From positions 271,569 through 335,568 of the forward strand of contig CBFFRP010000182.1 of assembly GCA_965644295.1 (NCBI GenBank): a stretch of 64,000 nt of DNA, given 5' to 3'. Each line of letters starts with the position of its first letter. The first letter of the stretch is position 1. Shown in pieces: positions 1 to 15,400 of this stretch. The DNA comes from Paraphysomonas bandaiensis. Its lineage: Eukaryota; Protista; Chrysophyceae. Below the pieces are notes generated by a model. It had not been told where the DNA came from, ran no database searches, and saw only the letters and a list, made by a program, of their open reading frames with translations. The position numbers and the translations under genes are program-made.

Positions 1-350
1 TAATACCATTCTTTGATGGCAAGATTTCAGCTACATCGAAGCGATCATCATTGGCCTTTACTCTTGATTCGGTGGATGGACGACAACATGCATTAACAAG
101 GTCCGTCACTCTTTTCATAATTTTTTGCAAAGTTATCTGGTTGTTATCATGTTTACGAATTTCGTTTTGTGCTAAGTATTTCTTCGTGATACTCTCAGGA
201 ATAAAATGTTTCTTACATGTATGCGTTAGAATTATTCGATTATCCTTCTTATCATGTCTGCAGAGACCAGCTTCGCTCCATTTCTGTGTTTTGATCTCAG
301 TGTGGAGATTGTTAAAATGAGTGCACACGAGATCGATGTCCTCATCATCT
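1..350 (-). CDS. Partial minus-strand exon of an unknown gene running off the window start
   Basis: Stop-free minus frame DDEDIDLVCTHFNNLHTEIKTQKWSEAGLCRH...DDRFDVAEILPSKNGI up to position 1, divergent from THADA. Start and upstream exons unresolved. Confidence 0.35.
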
Positions 351-376
351 ATATGATATATTTCGTCCATTTAGTT

Positions 377-434
377 ATGTGTATGTAGATATGTGTGTAT
401 GTAGATATGTGTGTATGTAGATTTGAGTGTATGT
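377..434. repeat. Short tandem repeat, ~16-nt unit (atgtgtgtatgtagat) x ~3.5
   Basis: Directly visible. Confidence 0.8.
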
Positions 435-793
435 GATAGTTGTTTGTTTGGAGCATCCATTTTTAGGATGGATCCGATCCTCTGTCCACTTTTTGGATAC
501 AAGTGAGATAGGCAGAGAGCCATGTGTAGAAATTGTATGAGGAATATTTTAATACTGTTGGAAATACTGTGGTACTACGTATCACAACTGCTGCTCGTGA
601 TATATCGTTCTCATCCAATGGTTCCTGGTATATGTCTTATCTTCATATATATGTACAGGAGATGTCTATATAGTGGACTTTAGTAACTAACTTCACTTCA
701 TCTTTGGGTAGAAGTGAATAGAATATTCATTTTCTATTGGCTACAAACCCGTAAAGTGTATCTTCCTTCTGTAAAAGTACTGAAACAAAGAAG

Positions 794-3700
794 ATGGTTA
801 GAAAATCAAAACGTAAACATGTTGTACAAGCATTTGAAAAGAGTGAGCATCCAGCTCCTGTAGATTTCAGTAAGTTCTCAACTATTGTTGAGGAAGGATC
901 TGGAAGTAGTAATGGAGTTGTTGTATTGGGAATCATTAAGTTGATTGCCTCATCACCATCTTTATCTCAACAGATACGTATTATTCAAGATAGTAAGAAA
1001 GTATTAAAGGTATTCATATCTACCCCCTCTAACCCTTATATCTAACGATCACATGGTGTTTCTAATAGGAGGTAACCACTAGAGAGTACTGTGAAGATGA
1101 TCGGGAAGAAAATATTGAGGTGAGTTGAGTGTTCGTATATATTAGGGGATAATAACGGTTCTATAAGGGCATCACACTACTCTTGCATGTGTTTCTAGAA
1201 CCAAGCCATATGTGGCTCCGAAAGTACTTAGAGTGGATATCTGAGGCTATATGCAAATCACGATGCCTTCCACATCGAGAGTTACGAAACTGTATTCGCA
1301 ATACATGTATGTCCGTACTTCACCAATGCGTCGAGTCCAGGGATTTTGAAAGCGGGTCCCTTGATCGATGCTTTGAATGGGTTTACACTTTTCAGTGGAT
1401 GGTAAACCTCGACAAAGAGATTGCCTGGATGGACGATATTACTTGTGAAGAAGGCACAGGGTACTGGGAGTCTGCTACCTGGCCGGCCGGCCGTGAACTC
1501 GGCGAAGGGGGCTTGCTCTTGTTCTTGCAAGCGATGACCCCTCTTGTAGTGCGTTGCTCCAAGACGGTGTGTGAATCTGGTGGTTCGGATACATTCGGGC
1601 AGCAGAGGAGCGCTGCAGAGGTACTGAGGTACGCCGAATGTGTTGGAGAGAGTCTAAGAGTGTTGTCCGCGGCCCTGAAGCCTCGACGTGGGGCTATAAT
1701 TCCCTCCCTGCCTCATCTCCCCAAAGAAAATGAAGATCCGTGGAAACAAGTGACAGATGTGATGCTCACGCATACTTGTCAGATGATTACCTCAGAAGCA
1801 CTGAGCAAAGTAAGTCGAGTTATATAGATAATTTTCTTGTCATTACTGCATCGAATTTGTGATGATTGTGAGTTTGTTTTCAGGATGCGCTTACATCAAC
1901 TGCATTAGCCATTGTTAACATTCAGTGGTTACTGCGTGAGCGCTTATGGGAATGTGCGCGTCGACGCTACCGCTACCTTTCTGTTGGTGGTGAGAGCCAC
2001 TTAACTGTGGTTAACATTGACAAAACTTCAAGTTTTAGCGACATCGAGTGGCAAGATGCCTCCTCCTGCGCTGGTTTGCAATTGGTAGCACTTTTGGGGT
2101 TATTACAACAGCCACCTGCCGTCGATAGTCCGCGTGCAACTTTAAATGTGCTACTCAACCAATCGGCCTCACTTATACTGCCCTTCGCACTCGCAGTGGG
2201 AATATCTCCAGTCGTTGTTTCTGCTCTCGGACCACAGACCTCAACTCTACCTCAACTCTCTCGCTGCGCACTTTTTCGCGCATGCCTGTCAGTATTCGAT
2301 GCATCAGCTCTTATGTACTGCCCTATGCGCAATAACTTTTCTAGCACCACTACCAGTCGGTCCATGAGAGACCTGCTGTCATTCCTGCAGCTATTAGGTG
2401 AGGCACAAAAGGAGTATGGAGAGGAGAAATCCCGCAGTGTTCACGAGGGGCTAAATGTTGAAGACCTCGAACAGATTGCTGCCCAATGTGTCACTGAGAT
2501 TTCCTCCGCCAAGGATTGGATAGCAGTGGCCGGAGCTACCTCGACCCCTTTTTCCCTTGATGGTAACGAATACCATTCATCTGGCCTTCTATTTGGAGCA
2601 ATGTTTGACATGACGGCCTCTCTCTGTTTCGATAGTGTTACTCCCGCTGTGCGAGTATACGGACTACAGACCTTAGAAACTTGGCTCGGTCGGGTAGATG
2701 TAGACCATTACTCAAAAGTTGCTGCTGGTGGAGGGGTCACGAGTATGAGCGGTGTAGCTGAGAAGCTTCTCAGAGGGAATCTTGTTTCACGCCTTTGTAT
2801 AGTTGATTTCCTACTCACGAAAGCTTGGAGTCACCCATCGAAACTGGTAGGTGTGACATTCTGTCAATACTTCGTAACTCGTTTTCTTCAGGTAAATCAC
2901 ATGGTTCCAATGGCCTACCAAAGAGTGTTAGATATTGCACACAAACTGGACACAGAAATCAAATCCAGAGATGCAGTGGGAATTCCTGACCATGACGATA
3001 TATGGGGCCCATTTGTACGGAACGCACTCAGTCAGCCTGTTCAGTATAGGTATATAAGCTGTATGACACCTTGTTTCCTTCATGACAAGGTAAATTGTTT
3101 ACAGGGGTCGGTACCAAGCTCTTTCATATTTGCTCCCGAAGGTGGGCGGCGAGCATCTGCTACAGCTACACCCCCAGGTATAATCATTGCATAGTGTATA
3201 TTTAAACTTACACTTCTCTCTTTCAGATCTTTCGATCCCTTGTCATGTCGATGAGGGTCCGGGATGTGGCATCTGCAGTCGGCTCATTTATGGGTAGTCT
3301 TCTGAGATCTCTTCTGAAGGATAAATTACGCAAAATTAGCGACATCAGAAAGATGTATATACACCATGTTGCGTGTGGCCTTTGCTCACCGGAAGTAAAG
3401 CTAAGGTTTGTAGTCTGCGCTATGAGTGCTTCATGTGAATGTTAATTTCAGAACCAATTGCGCGGATCATATTATTCCAGAGATCCTTTCTATTGACCTG
3501 GACAGCGGACCGATATTAATCAACGAAATAAGAGAATTGACGGCTGTTGATGATCAACCCGTGTCATCTATGAGCAAGCTGTGGGGTATTATATCCATTA
3601 CATTGCATGCACGTCTCTTGTCCAAAAATGGCGCTGATATTGTTGAAACCAATGAAATAAAGAATACATCTCATGTGATGGAGAATAAGAAAGGGAACCG

Positions 3701-6700
3701 CAGTACCTCATGGCTTCCACTCACTGCAAGGGAACTGGAAAGCGCATGCTTATGGTAAATTATACTCGTTTGATATAATATACCTAACGTCTACATACAG
3801 CAATGACGTAGAAATCAGACTTACTGGTCTTACCGTCCTCACCGCTTGTCAGGTATTTTCGAGTTTATGTTGAGTGTGTGAATATAACGTGCCTTAAATA
3901 GAGGACATTAGCTCCCATTCCACCGCTGGAACTGAGGATTCTTCGTAAGACGCTTCCTTACAGTCTGAAGAGTCCTGTTGCAGACGTTCGTCAGAAAATC
4001 GTTAGAGTTTTGCGAACTCTGGTGACCAGGTAGAGGAGCTTCAAATTTCGTTAGTTTTTCTTTGAAATTCTCTATATGCAGACTGCGGGAATCGTATCGC
4101 ACAAGTGTTAGAGATGGTAAGAAGTTATTGTCCCGAAGGCAGTATGATGCACGAGAAGCAGCAGGAGAGTCAACATCCGCTGCGTCCAGTTTTGATAATA
4201 TGACTGGAACCGATTTGGTAATATTTATTCTTGCGGATACAAGTGCAAAAGAAGAGGAGACTGCATGTAGGATGATTATTACTGACTCAATTTTCGCTCT
4301 GATGCTGTAGTAGGCGCAGAAGTTATTAAGAATGTCCTAAACACTCTTGAATGGCTTAGTCGAGTAATACTAGCTAATATTTACCCCGGTGCACCCAATG
4401 ATAGAGAGGTGAAAAGTTTGTGGTGAACTAGTTCTTTAATGAGTGCTTATTTTGTACAGATAATGGCCCTAGAGATGCTCAGGTGTGTGTTTACCAGCAT
4501 CACTGGTGAGTTGGGGACTGGTATCGCGAAGAAGACTAAAAACTCTCATGCTGCTGTTCCTCTTGACCCTGAACTCAATGCTGCTCTTCTGTCCATTTTT
4601 TGCACCGAGCAAATGACTTACAGTATTTTGAATCTCCTTATATCGAGGTAAGTTTGGGCTTCTGAACGTGACTAGCGCATCATTACATCACCTGTAGTTG
4701 GGATCGCACAAGATCACTGGCTGCGGAGTTGTTGAATGCTCTACCCAAGCCATTGCCAGGTTATGAGACTCCAGAAAAGGTTACTTCTCTGTGGAGGTTG
4801 GGGTGCAAACTTGTTGGAAGTGCAAGGCAACGGGAGTCTGATTCAGGTAAGTAGGTCATGTATACTGCTTTTTTTTTTCTACGTCATATTACAAAACGCA
4901 GGTGCCTTAATTTTGAGGGTTGTTATGTCAATTTTCTCCCTCCAACTGAATTGGGAAATCCAGCGTGATTCCACCACAGAGTACGATGAAAAGCTGGAGA
5001 TGGATATCTCCGAGAGATATGGAATGGTGTGGCCGGCTAAATCTATAACTACACCCGTGTCAGAAAAAAATCCGTACAGTGGACGCAAGGAGTCTCTAGT
5101 GTTCATAGAGTCCCTCTGCGATATTCTTGATAGCCGCCTCTTTCACGTATCTAAATCTTTTGAGCTGCTTTGTGGCAACAAAGATGCGATATTGAGTGGT
5201 GCGTTTGTGATGCCTTCATCTTTAGCCCATGGTACAGTTTTAGCCATCCGGTACTGTATTGAAGATGCACATGCCAGCGGAATATTGCCGTCTGCTACTT
5301 CTAACGATGCTTGTCAAGGCAAGAGAAAAGGGAAATCTTCACGTGACACAATCCCACTTGTCGCTGATGATATGGCAGAACGATGGAAAGACGTCGTTAA
5401 AAGGACTCTACAGCTGTCGTTAGCATCACTAAAGGCCGCCATGCAAATAGTAGCAGATGCACCGGTTGACACTATGTTTGCTCCGATGCCATTTGATTGC
5501 AAGAGTTCTTCCAAGAAAGATACTAGAGGATATGCATCCGACTCGTTTATGCTAAATACTAATGTTTTCATGGATCTCGATGTCGGCGCAGAAGGCGAGG
5601 GCGGGCCTGATGATGACAGTTTCGGCAAGAAAATGCAGCATGCAGTTATTGGTGCATGGCTTCTTGTGAAAGAATCGTGTGCACTTATAGCGAAATTGGT
5701 TGAAATATCACCCGCTCCTTGTGAATCCGCGGGAAATGAGCACTCTGTGCTGCTCACTACAAATGAGATATCCAATGTTGGATCGGTTTTGCTAGATGCT
5801 CTAGCCCGATTGAAACATAATGGGGCAATAGCTGAAACTCAAACAGCCTTACAATCTGTCTGTCAGAGCGTTCTCAGGTAGTAAATAGATATTTTGGTCG
5901 AAGCAAGAATGATTTTTTGTTGTAGCTGCAGTAGCAGTCGCGCATTATCGCAACTGCCATCTATTTGGCTAGACTCCCTATTTGAGAGACTTCGTGGAGA
6001 ACATCAGGTATTTTGCATACTTTACTGGAGTGAAGTATCACAATTTTGTCCAGGTGTTCATTCTTCGGCGATCAGCAGGATTTGCTTTTAGCTTTATATC
6101 CCTTCTCCGTTCCGAGCCAAAGAACTGTAAGCCGACTTTGCTCCCTTTAGCGATGCAGTTTTTGTTTGAGCATGCTTCCAAGGGCCTTGGGCAAGAAGAT
6201 GGCAACGACGCTCTCGAGGGAAATGGTTGGAGATCCGTTGTACATTCTCTTAATATTTTGCGGTGGGTTTACTAGTACTAAATGTGTGTTGCTTTCTAAC
6301 CGCTCTTTGTAAAATAGTCTTATAATATTGGACTCAACTCTCGGCCCTGACTTATTTCCGTACATACCTCAGACAACTAAGATTGCAGTGAAAGGGTTTA
6401 AATCCCCAATGTGGGCAATTCGAAACTCATCTATGATGGTAAGCAGTACTACATTGCTCTAGTTTTTATTCTGCTCTTAGATGTGATCTTTTGCAGGTGT
6501 TTTCGGCTGTTGTGCAAAGGACAGTTGATAACGACAAAAAGGAGTCCGGAGGAATGAGAGCAGCAACTCCAGCAGATTTCTTTCAGAGATACCCGTCTCT
6601 TTTTCCATTTGTGCTTAGTGGTGAGTATTTTTTCGTTTTCACTACTGGTGGTACTGCTGTGTTAACTCGGTCGTTTTCATTTGCAGAATTGTCAGATATT

Positions 6701-9700
6701 GTTCGTGCGAATCTGGAGATGGATAGCAGAGGCTGGCCTGTCAACATTTCTGTTGTTGTATCTACACGCCAGCCCCCAGAACAAACCCATCCTTCTCTTT
6801 ATCCCCTACTCTTGATGCTGTCGAAGATGAGGTATATTTTGTCTAGCGTAACTTCACGGGTTTACGCACTATTGTCCATAGAACATCTACATTAGAGTCG
6901 TCTCCACCCGACGCATCGAATGCGCGGAAGGACTCTGGTGGTGGAAGTGATATTTTGGAAAGTACTTTCACTGATGTGCAGTGTGATATTTCCTTATTCA
7001 TTCCGCTGATACAAATGTGCTCGAGCCAGCAATTATACCATGTATGCATTATAATTCAATGCTATAAGAGATATCTAATTTTCGCTACCATAGGTGCGGA
7101 CGATGGCAGCGAAAGCACTTTCATCTCTTGTGCCTTTACAGCAGGTATTTTCTGGATGCTCTTAATTATCATGTAACGAAATTCAGGTTCCACTACAAGT
7201 GGCTTCTATTATGGAGAGATTGTCGAAGTCATTTGTTGCTGTTAAGAAAAATGCAATCAGCAGGCGACGAGGGATTCACGGAGGAAATTGTGATGGCTTT
7301 TCGTCGAATATTTTGCACGGTATGCTTTTACAAGCCTATAATCTCACGTGGAATCTCCAAAGACTCATAGTTGGCGATTCAGCTGATATGGGGGATAATG
7401 AGGTATTGTTAGGGTTCTATACGTTATGATTCTAAACTCTAAACGCAGCTATATTTTTCTCGTATTGTCGATGACATATCGAAACTCGTCGTCCCACAGT
7501 TACTCCATCTACAGCAAGCAATGGTATCGTTTGCTGGATCCATGGAGAATGAGGGACTTGTTTTGAATGGTGTATCGTTAACGTTTCCTTATCCCCCTTC
7601 CGTCATACTTACATTTGAGCGACTTGTGAGGGTTGTGCACAAAATGGTACCGAACGAAATTACCACTGAACTTCTTGTGAAGGTCTGTGAGATGGGTATT
7701 GCGGAATTACTTGACGGGATGAATGTCAAAGTGGGTGCCGGGCACGACGTATTCTGTGTACCAATGTTACCTCTTCTGTGGAAAGAATGCCTTGAAGACC
7801 TCGTTGATGCTACGTTCTCTTATGTATTAAACGGGAAGAATGGCATGGATTCGCATGCTGGTGTAGATAGCGACGAATCCCCTACCAAGCCATTGGCTGG
7901 GCTAGACATGATCCCGTTATGCCATCTTCTCTCTCTAGTAGATCACCCAATTAGTGAAGTACGAGAAGGGATACTACGTGGGTGCTTACGCGCTTTTAAC
8001 ACACTTACTTCTGGTATCAATACTTCACCAAGTGCACACACTATATGTGCTAAGGTTAGAGACTACATATATGCGTCACGAACTGGTACAGAAACGGAAG
8101 CAACGGCGGGGAATATTATCGATGTGCTATTACGACGGTGTATGCAAGAAGCAGAGCCCCCGATTCTTGAAGTTACACTTGAATTGTTATCAAGGTACGT
8201 CACGTATTGTTTCATATGACTTGTTTTCATATTGTATCGTTCCTTGTTTGCAGTATAACTCTGTGGGTTCCTTTTTCGGCTCTAGAAGACTTGCAAACGA
8301 AAGAGAATTGCCTTGATAGCGTATCTGTTCTGCTGCAGATAGCATGTGGAACATACTCTCCTGACACCATGTTGGACTTCTTGGACCCAACGGTGCACAG
8401 CTCTGCAACACTGGTCAGCTGTGTAGCAACGAACGTGGAAAGAGAGGGTGATATTCGTGTTGCACCTACCACATCGGCATCGTTTGCCCTACAGGTATTG
8501 GGGTGGATGGTTCGCAGTTTTTTTACGATGTCATTGTCTCTTGTCCAAGAGAAAAATTCCAATATGGCCGAAATTTTATCCACCAATGTGCCGCTGGGCA
8601 GATTACGTAATGAACAAGAATCTGTGCTTTCTAATAATCGCGACGAAAGATTGCCGTCTTGCGGAAGCGATACTGAGGCAATTGGTAGTGCAGCCGATGA
8701 TGTGGTTTGTAGCAGTAACCATGTGTGGTCTTGGTTGAGACTGATGGAGTTGGCGGGAGCTGGGGAAGGAGCAGAACTAGATGCACGCGGTGCTGCTGCA
8801 CGCTGTTTGTCGACATCTGGTGCACTTCAATGGGCTGCATTTAATTCTGTTCTGGGCACTCAGCGTATAAACGATATTGACGACTCCTGCTTTGGTAGCA
8901 GCGATTTTTCATGTCGGGTGTGGATACTTGCGCTCCACTTGATGCAGGTATATGTCATAGAGCTCATATCGTGTGGGTGATCATATGTTCGTAGGACGAC
9001 GATTCAGACATACGCTGCTGGGTGAATTCTGCTGTCAGCGAAGCTATTGACCTTGTTTTCAAACTTCAGCCTTCACTGCGATACGTGAAAAACATTCAAC
9101 TGGGAACCTTACCGTGTAGCAGTCAGACTATATCAGAACTTATAGCTTTCAGTGAAATGAATAACGAGTCACAGGCAGATAATTACAGAGTAGTTGATAT
9201 ATATGAAGATGCGTACTCGTGCGGCGCCGTAGAAATCGAATTTGATAGTGTTCAGGGGCTTGCTCTTGAGCGCCTCACGATTCCTCTATCTCTAGCAATC
9301 ACGTGGTCGCTCCTGTTAACCCAAGTTAAGAGCGATGACGACGTGCTGCGTTCGGATAGAAGTGTCGATGAGTTGCTCACTATAAGAAGTGGTGGTATAT
9401 TGCCTGTGTGCCTGAGTGGAGTGGTTGCAGCATGGACCGAGACTTGTGGTGTATTCTCCACAGCCACATTGGTTTGTGAATCCGAACAGCGTATTGTACA
9501 GAGTTTAGACGTTCCGGAAAAGGTATTGATGCACTTTGTTTTTGTAATATTCTGACCTTCTTATGTAGATATTTGAGGCGGATCAGTCGAATCTTTTCGA
9601 GGAGCGCGTTGTACAATCGAATGCGTTGTCCTTAGCAATGTCTCTTTCGGTGAGTCTACTCCCAATTCACCGAACTTCTACAGTCTGGGCGACGATATTC

Positions 9701-10192
9701 CGAACTGCCTTATGTGCTATGAAGGTCATTGAATGTACCACTTCTGATGATGAGAACAGCACGGTAGCCTCACCAGGAGGTTGGATTGGAGGTTTTACGT
9801 ACTACTCGGATCAGTTTCTAGACTTTCATTGCGCTCTCTCTGGTGCAGCATCGCTATGCAAGATCAGCAGGCAACGTGATTCACTGGATAATCTCAAACA
9901 CCCTTCTTTTCGGACAAGAGAAAATGATATGTCAGAAAGAAGTGCTGTTAATGATTTTCATGCTGCAGTCTCATCTCTTCAAGATTACGCGCGACGTATT
10001 TTAACGCGTATATCCTTGAAATCTAACGCCCTTAATGTCAAAGAATCCAGTGAGTGTGGTGATACTACCCCATCGAACTGCAGTCAAAGTATGACTATAC
10101 ACCCCTTGATTATAAAAAATCTTGTTGATATTATTGGTCCCACGGATACTAAAAAGCATGAAGCTCAGAGCAGTAGTTGTTTAGTTGTTTAG
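794..10192 (+). CDS. THADA: THADA / Trm732-like HEAT/ARM-repeat protein (DUF2428), multi-exon
   Basis: Chain of + ORFs separated by short GT-AG introns. Family motifs: 'AWLLVKESCALI', 'LARLKHNGAI', 'ILRRSAGFAFSFISLLRSEP', 'VHSLNILR', 'WAIRNSS', 'DFFQRYPSLFPF', 'HPSLYPLLLMLSKM'. ATG at 794, stop at 10192. Confidence 0.85.
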
Positions 10193-12463
10193 GTCAAGGT
10201 TTCGACAACGTAATTAAATATGTCATTAAGTTTTATACTATACTGGATACTGGCTGGGTAGTCCGCTTCGTGCGGTTCAGTGTCGACATGTAGTAGCGAA
10301 ATTTAAGGAATCTTGTCGTGGTCTGGATGAGATGGCAAAGCGCTTGCCAAGTCAAGTTTATAGTATAAAATGGATGTTCATAGTACACTGCTTATCACTG
10401 CATTGCGTGAACTTTTGTCACTTCTTACCTCAAATTTGAGGAATGCGTCGTATATAGTAGGAATGCTGAGTGGGTATAAAATTATCTGCTGACTATACAT
10501 GCGGCTCACGTTAGAAACTGAGGGAGATGTTTGGAGTTGAGCTAGAATGAGAATAATTTCATGTATGTAATTAATTCTTAGTATTACAGACTATACCTCC
10601 TGTTGAACTTATATATATGCCCTTATTACACTATACTAAGAGATAGCATACGATATCGTACACTGCATAAATTATACATTGGTACTAATACTACTGTAAG
10701 TAGTAGTGGTGTTATTGCATGCAGTAGTGGTGAATATAGCTGTATGAGTGTGCAATATATACGAACTCGGGCTATTCGATTGGGGCGTTTGCAATCTCAG
10801 GAGAGGTAAATGCTGCTGTATAAGTGTACGATATTACAAAAAAAGTGGCAGGGGCAGCTTGTAACGCCTTAAATGGTTGCAACTTTTTCTTTATCTTTAA
10901 TCACAATATTAAGCTTTCTTTATTTACAAATTACAGCCTAATAATAAATCAACACTCAACTTTACCAGTTTTTGGTACTACCTCGACTTAATAGTACGTA
11001 GCTATCATACCGCTGTATCTGGCTTTCCACACTACAACGCATTACACAGCTGTATACTGTCTAGTCCACCTTTCAGTCCCATGACAGTCAGTATCCTATG
11101 CGCAAATGAAACGACATAATTGGTGTAAGATTGGCCTTAAATTCTCGTTTTGTTTAGAATGTTCGGATTTTAGGACAATAATGGAAGAGGTAAGAAAAAC
11201 GTGAGATCCAAATGTAAAAGTATGGCTAAACAAGACTCTAAAAAGAGAAAGAAGATGAATATAACAGTAAAACAAAGATTTTCTGATGGGTATAATATAT
11301 CAGATATTAGCACCTGTACATTAATATTCATTCCGGGTACGCTTGTGGTTAGTGCAGAAATGATTTCAGAAAAGCTCTTAGTACTGTAGACATCAAAGTA
11401 TTTAATTATTCAACTCTAATCCCAGTACTACATTCCAGGCTTGCGTAACAATTAGTTGCCAATTAAATGAATTGGTTTTAAAATGATAATGCAATTATTA
11501 TAATTGATCAATATTGCGTATTAATTGGCTGGCTAAAGAGCATCAAATGGAGTTCACTGTATGATATAGCCAAAACCATGATGTCCACTTATCTTTCTCT
11601 CTCTGCGTGTTTTGGATTAAGCTCAAGCAAAGTGGATTGTGCCAGGATAGGGGTGCCTTCTCTTATTTAGAAAGGTTTAGTATCGTCTGTAAAGTTTCGA
11701 AATCAGATGAATAAGAACAGATTGGTCTGGATGATGATTTAATTCGTCAGTACCTGAAATGAAATTCTACTTGAATAAAGACACAAGCATTGTTTTTAAC
11801 GCAGATTCAAGGTTCAAGAAGAACTGAACAGCGCTAAAAGCACAAATACGATGCTTTTAGATGTCCCTCCAGACGAATGTGAATTCTATGAAGAGAAAGA
11901 GGATAAGGTAGACAACGCCATTCGTTGACTTAGAGACAACCGAAATAACCATACACTAAATTACCAACACGATGTCGCTATATGTTATATGAAGCATATG
12001 AATATGGTTTCGTAAGAGGTTGCTTAGCAGTACTAAGATTGTTATGACTTATTCTTGCAAGCGAATGTTACTTATCCCCTGGACACCTTGAAATATCGAT
12101 GTTTCTGCCTGCAAATCGCCATCTTTGGGATAAGATTGTAGTTGAAAGTTATTCAAAACAGCAATAAAATTGAAGGCAATTAGTTAGCAATAGTTGCAAT
12201 TGCTTTCGTTGGATACCTCTCACCAATTAATTTGCATAGATCATGCTTACGCTACCCGTACACTGCGCTAAAGTAAAATATGTAGTGCTATATATATAAA
12301 CTATTAGTTCTTGGCTACACAGTACTCACCTTCAAACGTTTGATAACACAGACACGAATAGTAGCTACTTATTATATAATGTTGACTACTGAAAACACGC
12401 GCCGTACTGCTGTAAGGAAAATCATATCAACACTCAATATTTCTACATGTATTGGCAACAAAG

Positions 12464-15400
12464 TCAGGTCGAGTTATGCTGAGATCGTTCCATGAGTGAT
12501 CTTAGCAACTCTCCTTTTCTATGATCCGATATATTTTGCTGAGTTAGAATCTCGATAACTTGCGCTTTCAGACCTGGGTTGCTTTCTGCAATATGTCTCA
12601 AGCGAGCTAAACTACGGCTATCATGACTAAATTGGGATTGAGCAGGCTGTTGCTGTTCAGAGTTGGTGGAGTCAGAATTTTGCAAAAGAGGTGCACTGGT
12701 GAGTACACTCCCTGATCCGTGCTGTGGCAGCACACCCGGCCTCGCATCCAACACCGGTGGCGCAGAGTCTGTAGGGGGGAAATATAAATCACTAAACAAA
12801 ACAACTTTTTTAATGAGCTTACCTGATCGGCTTCTCTGCATGTTATCGAGGGCCAATGACCGCGCTTGTTGTTGCTTCTGCTGTTATTGCTACATAAGAG
12901 CATTCATTCAAATATGCACACAAGAGTACCTGCTGAACTCCTGTCTGAGACTGAATTCCCGACTGTTGTCCATGCTGCGGTTGCGTCCTTGTTATAGGTG
13001 AAGATTGCAAAGACCGCGGCCCTTGAGGACTGGCCATATGGTGAGATGTTGACGCCGGAGAGGCAACTCCACGACCACCGTGCAGTGAAGGTGAAGACAG
13101 CCGACTGAAGTGAGTTTCAAGCGGTCTCTCAGTACCATTTAAGTATCCCCCAGTCAACTGTCCCGAGGTATCTCTCTCACCAGCTGCCGGGGGTAGAGAC
13201 GAGAGTGCAGGAGCTGCGTAGCCGGAGTCTGGTATGTACGGTCCTGCCGATGAGGACCGCGCAGCGGTCGGAAGGAGTAAAGGAGACGACGAGTGGCCTG
13301 AGAAGACAGAGGACTGGTTTGAAGTATTAGTATAAGACCGAGGGGGTCGCTGGTGTAATTGCTGCTGCAATTGCTGAGGAGCCTTATCAGCCATGTGCGG
13401 AGATGATGAGTGGGAAGGATTACTTGCACTCCTACCACCATTAACGGGAACGCTAGGGCTGTAGTCTGCAGACAACACGGGCTGTTCAGCAGTCTGTGTC
13501 TTTGCTTGTTCCGCCTGACGCAACTTTTCAGCTATTTGTAGAGGGTTGAGAGCAGCATTGGCATACGAAGCAAATGCAGTTGTGTTGTGCGACTCATGGC
13601 AAGGTATTGGGAGACGTGCTCGTATTTCAGCTCTATCATCGTTAACGGCATGAGCAGGTTCCCGAGGGAGATACGGGGTGCGACGCACAGTCACCCCCAT
13701 CATAACCAATTCCTTCTGCGATTGCGATGAATCTAGCGCGCGCTTCAATCTCTCTGCGGTGTTAACCCGTTCAGTAGTATGTTCAACCTGCAAGGACTCA
13801 TTATTTATGTAAGGTGCCTCCAGTGATACGTCGACAGTATCTTTTCTGACTTTTAATGGTGGTTCGTCGTTGGACAAGGACGATGGGGACGAAGAGACAG
13901 CACTAAATGACCGCTTCTTTTTCCCAATAGTGTCTGTGGATGTTGTTTCGAGAGAACCTCGCTCGTCATCCTTTTCAATATCTTCACCGAGTAGTTCATT
14001 GCGGCGAAGTAGTGCTTGTCTAGAGGACCTGCTGCGACAGCCCATCAAAGGTGGACATTGATCCAAAATCCTCTCGTACACCCAACTCGCGTCGGCAGGT
14101 CGCTTCTTTTCACATGAATTGGTCATCTCTTTCAACGAATCACTCGAAGAAGTATTCACTGGGCTTGTATTCCCAAAAAACAATTTCGTAGCTGCGATGA
14201 TGGCAGCATTCTCGTCATCAGTCCACTTTTCACCTGCACGTCCATCTACAAAACAAAACATCGATTATAATTGTATTCCATATAACCACGCGAATTACCT
14301 CCAGATTTTGACGCTTTTCTATCTCCATCTAAAAGGAGACCACACACTTTCAGATCAAAATTCTTAGAACTGAAGAGTTTCCAGGAGTCCGAACATGTGC
14401 GTGACGATTGCTGGGCCGAGGGATGATTTACAGGAGTAGTTACAGGAGTGGAAGCATTTGTCGATACTGACGACGAATGCGGCAAGTACCCACCAACGCG
14501 ATGCTCTCCGACATGTCTATACTTCTTCCCTTCTCGTCCAAGAGGGAGTATCGAGACCAGTGTCGTATTTACCGTCATCGCGGGAGGGGTCACGTCCTCT
14601 ATCTTCCTGTATCCGGAAGTCATATGTCTCCATCCCGTGCCAGCGGGGTTGAATCGAACACGTGAAGCAGGGAAACGGTTCTTAGGAGCCTCCGAAAAAG
14701 ACACAGTTGGCGCAGTAGTTGGGGCAGTAGTGTTACTAGTCGGTTCGGCACCAGATGTTGGGTTCTTTGTAGCGGCAGCAGTTGCACTACTGTCAGCAGG
14801 GCCATTTTCGGCTGCAACGGTGGTACCAGCTTTCTTCTTCGCATCCGTCTTGACTGACTTTCTGCCTTTCACGTTTGGCTTGGACAGCCCAAGGAAGGCG
14901 TCACCTGGAACGGCTCCCGCCATTGATGACTCTCCAAAAGACACATGTACACTCACTTGGGCCAATTGTCTGTCAAGTGCTAACCAAGAAGGGCTCGATA
15001 TCACATCCCTTCCAGTTGCCATCTGCAACGGATTCGCAAAAACATAGTTATCCGCCAATCGCCCCCGTCGTCTTAGCTCTGAGATTGATGCTTTGAAGGC
15101 AGCGAAGTGATTCGCACCATCAACCCGCAGCTGTGCTGTATTTCCATCATTCGGCGGACTGATAGAAAGACGAGGGTGAAGAAAGGGCTCATAAATCTTT
15201 TGCATAATGTATTCCGAAGAGCTCACACCGAAACCATCCTGCTTGAATCGCTTACTAAACATATCGGTAGGAGCCCCCCCACTACTATTTGTTGCCTCGA
15301 CACCAACTATCTCATTTGCAATATTCACTAAGTAGGTACTCAAACTCGCAGACTGTCTAATATTACACGAACTTCCCTCCATTAGACACAAATCCACAAA

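Noticed and set aside
10850-12400. Intergenic stretch with decayed coding-like pieces and a weak gtagcta inverted match
   Set aside because: No convincing TIR/TSD or protein motif.
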